Notes under the pieces: model-generated
Databases searched by the model: none
What the model was told of the DNA's origin: nothing
The model's input: the letters and a program-made list of their open reading frames with translations, nothing else
Shown here: positions 43,965 to 47,217 of the stretch, in pieces
How positions within the stretch are numbered: position 1 is the first letter of the stretch
How the letters are laid out: every line of letters begins with the position of its first letter
NCBI GenBank assembly: GCA_039794845.1
Contig: JAUQVK010000053.1
Location: forward strand, 1 to 47,217
Direction: 5' to 3'
DNA from: Thermostichus sp. DRC_bins_24
GTDB lineage: Bacteria; Cyanobacteriota; Cyanobacteriia; Thermostichales; Thermostichaceae
Length of the DNA stretch: 47,217 nucleotides
Made by a program: the position numbers and the translations under genes

Positions 43965-45035
43965 ATGAGCATCTTGATTCGACGTTCCCCCAGCCTAACG
44001 AGAACTTGGGGCTGGAATGGTTTTTGTCAGTGGATTACCAGCACCGAAAACCGACTGTATATCGGTTGGTTCGGGGTGTTGATGATCCCCACCTTACTGG
44101 CGGCAGCTATTTGTTTTGGGATCGCCTTTATTGCGGCTCCGCCTGTGGATATGGACGGGATCCGTGAGCCGGTGATCGGCTCCTTGATGGGGGGAAACAA
44201 CTTCATTTCAGCAGCGGTTGTGCCCACTTCGGCAGCCATTGGCCTCCATTTTTATCCGATTTGGGAAGCGGCTTCTTTGGATGAGTGGCTGTACAACGGT
44301 GGCCCCTATCAGCTGATTGTGCTGCACTTTTTGATCGGGGTGTGGTGCTACCTGGGGCGGCTGTGGGAGCTGAGCTACCGACTGGGGATGCGTCCCTGGA
44401 TTGCGGTGGCGTTTTCTGCCCCGGCTGCGGCTGCTACGGCAGTGTTGTTGGTGTACCCGATCGGCCAAGGCAGTTTCTCCGAAGGCTTGCCCCTGGGGAT
44501 TGCCGGAACCTTTCATTTCATGTTGGCCTTCCAAGCTGAGCACAACATCTTGATGCATCCCACCAGTTGGCTTGGGGTAGCCGGGGTATTGGGTGGAGCG
44601 CTGCTGGCGGCCTTGCATGGCTCGTTGGTGACCTCCAGCTTGATCCGAGAAACCCATGAAATGGAGTCCGTTAATGCGGGCTATCGTTTTGGGCAACAGG
44701 AAGTTACCTACAACTTCATGGCGGGGCACTACGGCTTTCTAGGGCGATTGTGGGTTCCCAGCCTCGGCTTCAAAAACAGCCGTTCGGTGCACTTTTGGAT
44801 GGCGGCGTTGCCCACGATCGGTCTATGGGCGGCGGCAATTGGAATTGGCATGATGGCCTTTAATCTCAATGGCCTGAATTTCAACCAGTCCATTTTGGAT
44901 AGTCAGGGGCATTTCATCGGCACCTATGCCGATGTGCTCAACCGCGCCAACTTGGGGATCCAAGCGATGCACTCTCCCAATGCTCATCATTTCCCGCTGT
45001 TGTTGGCGGCAGAAGGGATCCAATCTGTTGGTTGA
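43965..45035 (+). CDS. psbA: Atypical 'rogue' (group 2 / sentinel-type) photosystem II D1 protein
   Basis: Clear D1 ([22 protein letters not shown]) carrying D170E, E333S, R334P and D342L; lacks the ChlF QD motif. Confidence 0.92.
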   Translation: MSILIRRSPSLTRTWGWNGFCQWITSTENRLYIGWFGVLMIPTLLAAAICFGIAFIAAPPVDMDGIREPVIGSLMGGNNFISAAVVPTSAAIGLHFYPIWEAASLDEWLYNGGPYQLIVLHFLIGVWCYLGRLWELSYRLGMRPWIAVAFSAPAAAATAVLLVYPIGQGSFSEGLPLGIAGTFHFMLAFQAEHNILMHPTSWLGVAGVLGGALLAALHGSLVTSSLIRETHEMESVNAGYRFGQQEVTYNFMAGHYGFLGRLWVPSLGFKNSRSVHFWMAALPTIGLWAAAIGIGMMAFNLNGLNFNQSILDSQGHFIGTYADVLNRANLGIQAMHSPNAHHFPLLLAAEGIQSVG

Positions 45036-45059
45036 GATAGTTGAGATCTTTGGCTGAGA

Positions 45060-45143
45060 TCAGCTTGACTCGCAGGAGCCCCGCGCTCTACCTGCAAGGT
45101 GTTGGCGTGAGCCTGCCGCTAGGCATTGCGTTGGGTAGCTTAC
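45060..45143 (+). mobile_element. Solo IS200/IS605 right-end remnant (ends GGGTAGCTTAC)
   Basis: Near-copy of 6265-6348. Confidence 0.75.
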
Positions 45144-45219
45144 GCTAGAGCGGAAAGATGGCCGGTGAGGAGTGTTCATCTGCGATAGGGACTGTTTACC
45201 CTACGGGGAGGATCTGGCC

Positions 45220-46758
45220 ATGGAAGTGTTTGACTATGTGGTGTTGGGTGCTGGATTGGGGGGCCTGGCTGCTGCTGCCTGCCTCAGCCGTCAGGGATCC
45301 CGGGTAGCGGTGTTGGAGAAGCACTATTTGCCCGGTGGCTGTTGCCATACCTTCGACTATGGCAATTATTGCTTTTGTGCGGATGTCCACTACATTTCCC
45401 AGTGTGGGCCGGGGCAAGCGATTGACCAGTTTCTCAACTACCTTGGCCGCGAGGTGCAATTCAATTCGTTGGATCCCGATTGTATTGACCGAGTGATTAC
45501 CCCAGAGGCGGACTTTGCCATTCCCCTAGGGTGGGAGAACTTGCGCAACCGCCTGTTGGATCAATTCCCAGAAGAAGCCCCAGCAATCGAGCGCTACTGT
45601 GATGAAATTCAACGCCTGCACGACGACATTCACAACCTCAACCAAGAAGTGCGCTGGTACGATCCGAAGTGGTACGACTGGCTGAAACTACCCAAGTATT
45701 TCAACCTTTTCCAGAAACGCCACTGGACACTGCAAAACCTCTACGATCACGTCGGCCTTTCCCCCAAATTACAGGCGGTGTTGGCGGGGCAAAGTGGGGA
45801 TTATGCCCTCCCTCCCAAAGAGATCGCCCTGCTCACCCATACGGCTCTGGTTTGGGATTATTCGGAAGGAGCCTATTATCCACAGGAGCACTTCAAGGGG
45901 TTTGTGGACACGATTGTGGATGCCATTCTGCAGCAGGGAGGCACGATTCGCTACTCCACCCCGGTTGAACACATCGAAGCCAAAAGGGGGGCAGTGGAAT
46001 GGGTAACGGCGGGCGGCACCAACTTTGTCGCCAGCAAAGCCTACATCAGTGATCTGGACCCGAAACTGACCGTAGAGCTGATGCACGGGGGATCCCTGAG
46101 CAAGGCGGAGCGGCAGCGCCTCACCAACTACGAGTATTCTGCCAGCGCCTTCAATATCTACCTGGGTCTGGATAGCCGCTTCAACCCCGCCAGATACGGC
46201 ATCGGCAACTGGAATATCTGGTACTATCCCGACGGGGATCTCAACCGGGCTTACGAGCAACAACTGGCGGGCAACCTGGAGCACCCCTGGATCTTCCTCT
46301 CTTGCCCAACACTGAAATCCACTGCACCCGGCATGGCTCCCCCCGGACACCATGTGCTGGAGATTGCCACCGTTTGCCCCTACGAGCCCTTCAAGCACCT
46401 GCACGATACCGATCCCAAAGCCTATAAGGCCAAAAAACGGGAGGTTTACCAGGCGGTGATGGCCAGCGTGCGGGATCTCATCCCAGACGTGGATCGCTAC
46501 ATCCGCATGAAGGTATACGGCACCCCCACTACCAGCGAATTCTTCTTGGGCCAGCCGCAGGGCAACATCTACGGTGCCAAGTTGGTGCCCCAGCAGGTGG
46601 GGCTGCACCGCCTCGGCTACACAACGGAGCTGCCGAACCTCTTTCTGGTGGGGGCCAGCGCCGGGTATCCGAGTGTGCCGGGGGTGATCAGCAATGGCAT
46701 GGATGTGGTGGAACTGATCACCGGCAGGCGGGTGCGGCGTTCGCCGGTGAGGGTGTGA
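45220..46758 (+). CDS. Phytoene desaturase / carotene isomerase / retinol saturase-family FAD oxidoreductase
   Basis: GAGLGGL...VLEKH..PGG Rossmann fold; GTPTT....G...GNIYG and NLFLVG motifs. Confidence 0.85.
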   Translation: MEVFDYVVLGAGLGGLAAAACLSRQGSRVAVLEKHYLPGGCCHTFDYGNYCFCADVHYISQCGPGQAIDQFLNYLGREVQFNSLDPDCIDRVITPEADFAIPLGWENLRNRLLDQFPEEAPAIERYCDEIQRLHDDIHNLNQEVRWYDPKWYDWLKLPKYFNLFQKRHWTLQNLYDHVGLSPKLQAVLAGQSGDYALPPKEIALLTHTALVWDYSEGAYYPQEHFKGFVDTIVDAILQQGGTIRYSTPVEHIEAKRGAVEWVTAGGTNFVASKAYISDLDPKLTVELMHGGSLSKAERQRLTNYEYSASAFNIYLGLDSRFNPARYGIGNWNIWYYPDGDLNRAYEQQLAGNLEHPWIFLSCPTLKSTAPGMAPPGHHVLEIATVCPYEPFKHLHDTDPKAYKAKKREVYQAVMASVRDLIPDVDRYIRMKVYGTPTTSEFFLGQPQGNIYGAKLVPQQVGLHRLGYTTELPNLFLVGASAGYPSVPGVISNGMDVVELITGRRVRRSPVRV

Positions 46759-46810
46759 GTCGGGGGCCGCTAGGCTCCAGCGGCCAGGGATCCCCACAAA
46801 CCAGGACACT

Positions 46811-47217
46811 CTAGGGCTGATCCAGCTCGAAGGCGCGGTGAATGGCCTGCAACGCGAGGATCCCTTGTGCTCGCCGCACCACGCAGCTCACCTTGATCTC
46901 AGAGGTGGCGATCATCTCGATGTTGATCCCAGACTGGGCCAGGGTGGCAAAAAGGCGGGCGGCAACCCCGGGGTGGGCTTCCATCTCCGCCCCGACAATG
47001 CTGACCTTGGCGATATCGTGATCCGTGTCGACCCCGGCTGCCTGTAGCTCACGGGCCACCTGCTGACACACCGCCTCGGCAGCCACCGCCTGATCCTGGG
47101 GCACGGTAAAGGCAATGTCGTTGCTGGGGATGCCGTTGTGGTAGCCCCGCTGGCTTTGAATGATCGTATCGACGATGATTCCGGCAGCCGCCAACTGCCC
47201 AAACAAATAGGCAGCTG
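46811..47217 (-). CDS. lysC: Aspartate kinase C-terminal ACT domains (partial; gene continues beyond the window)
   Basis: IAKVSIVGAEM...PGVAARLF..LA..GINIEMIATSEIKVSC. Confidence 0.9.
   Translation of the reverse strand, partial: AAYLFGQLAAAGIIVDTIIQSQRGYHNGIPSNDIAFTVPQDQAVAAEAVCQQVARELQAAGVDTDHDIAKVSIVGAEMEAHPGVAARLFATLAQSGINIEMIATSEIKVSCVVRRAQGILALQAIHRAFELDQP

Noticed and set aside
43965..45035. Chlorophyll f synthase (chlF, super-rogue D1)
   Set aside because: It has YLGRLWEL rather than the ChlF QD motif (YQDREWEL), keeps H332/H337, and no far-red gene cluster is nearby.

Overview
Chromosomal window of a thermophilic unicellular cyanobacterium of the Thermostichus / hot-spring Synechococcus OS-A/OS-B' type. 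This is inferred from the split rpoC1/rpoC2, ado-aar, psbA and pervasive GGGATCCC palindromes. Most of the window is housekeeping: ygfZ, ispH, purU, a NitT/TauT ABC transporter, ado/aar, tenA, UDG, rpoB-rpoC1-rpoC2, heme oxygenase, pyrR, panE, an aminotransferase, prfC, carB and the 3' end of aspartate kinase. Unusual items are: (i) a 'rogue' D1 that lacks Mn-cluster ligands and has Ser in place of the PD1 chlorophyll ligand His198; (ii) an McdA-type ParA without the signature lysine, paired with a basic/Pro-rich/RHH-like partner; (iii) a three-domain protein with a degenerate methylglyoxal synthase, an intact lipid kinase and a PAP2 domain missing both catalytic His; (iv) dispersed IS200/IS605 (tnpB) end hairpins showing covariation and carrying a shared ~27-nt double-hairpin insert; (v) a 1-kb mobile-DNA cluster before carB containing a 99-bp MITE with a target-site duplication, a deleted tnpB element and a 27-bp hairpin tandem array. 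All calls come from reading the sequence and remembered family motifs. No searches were run.
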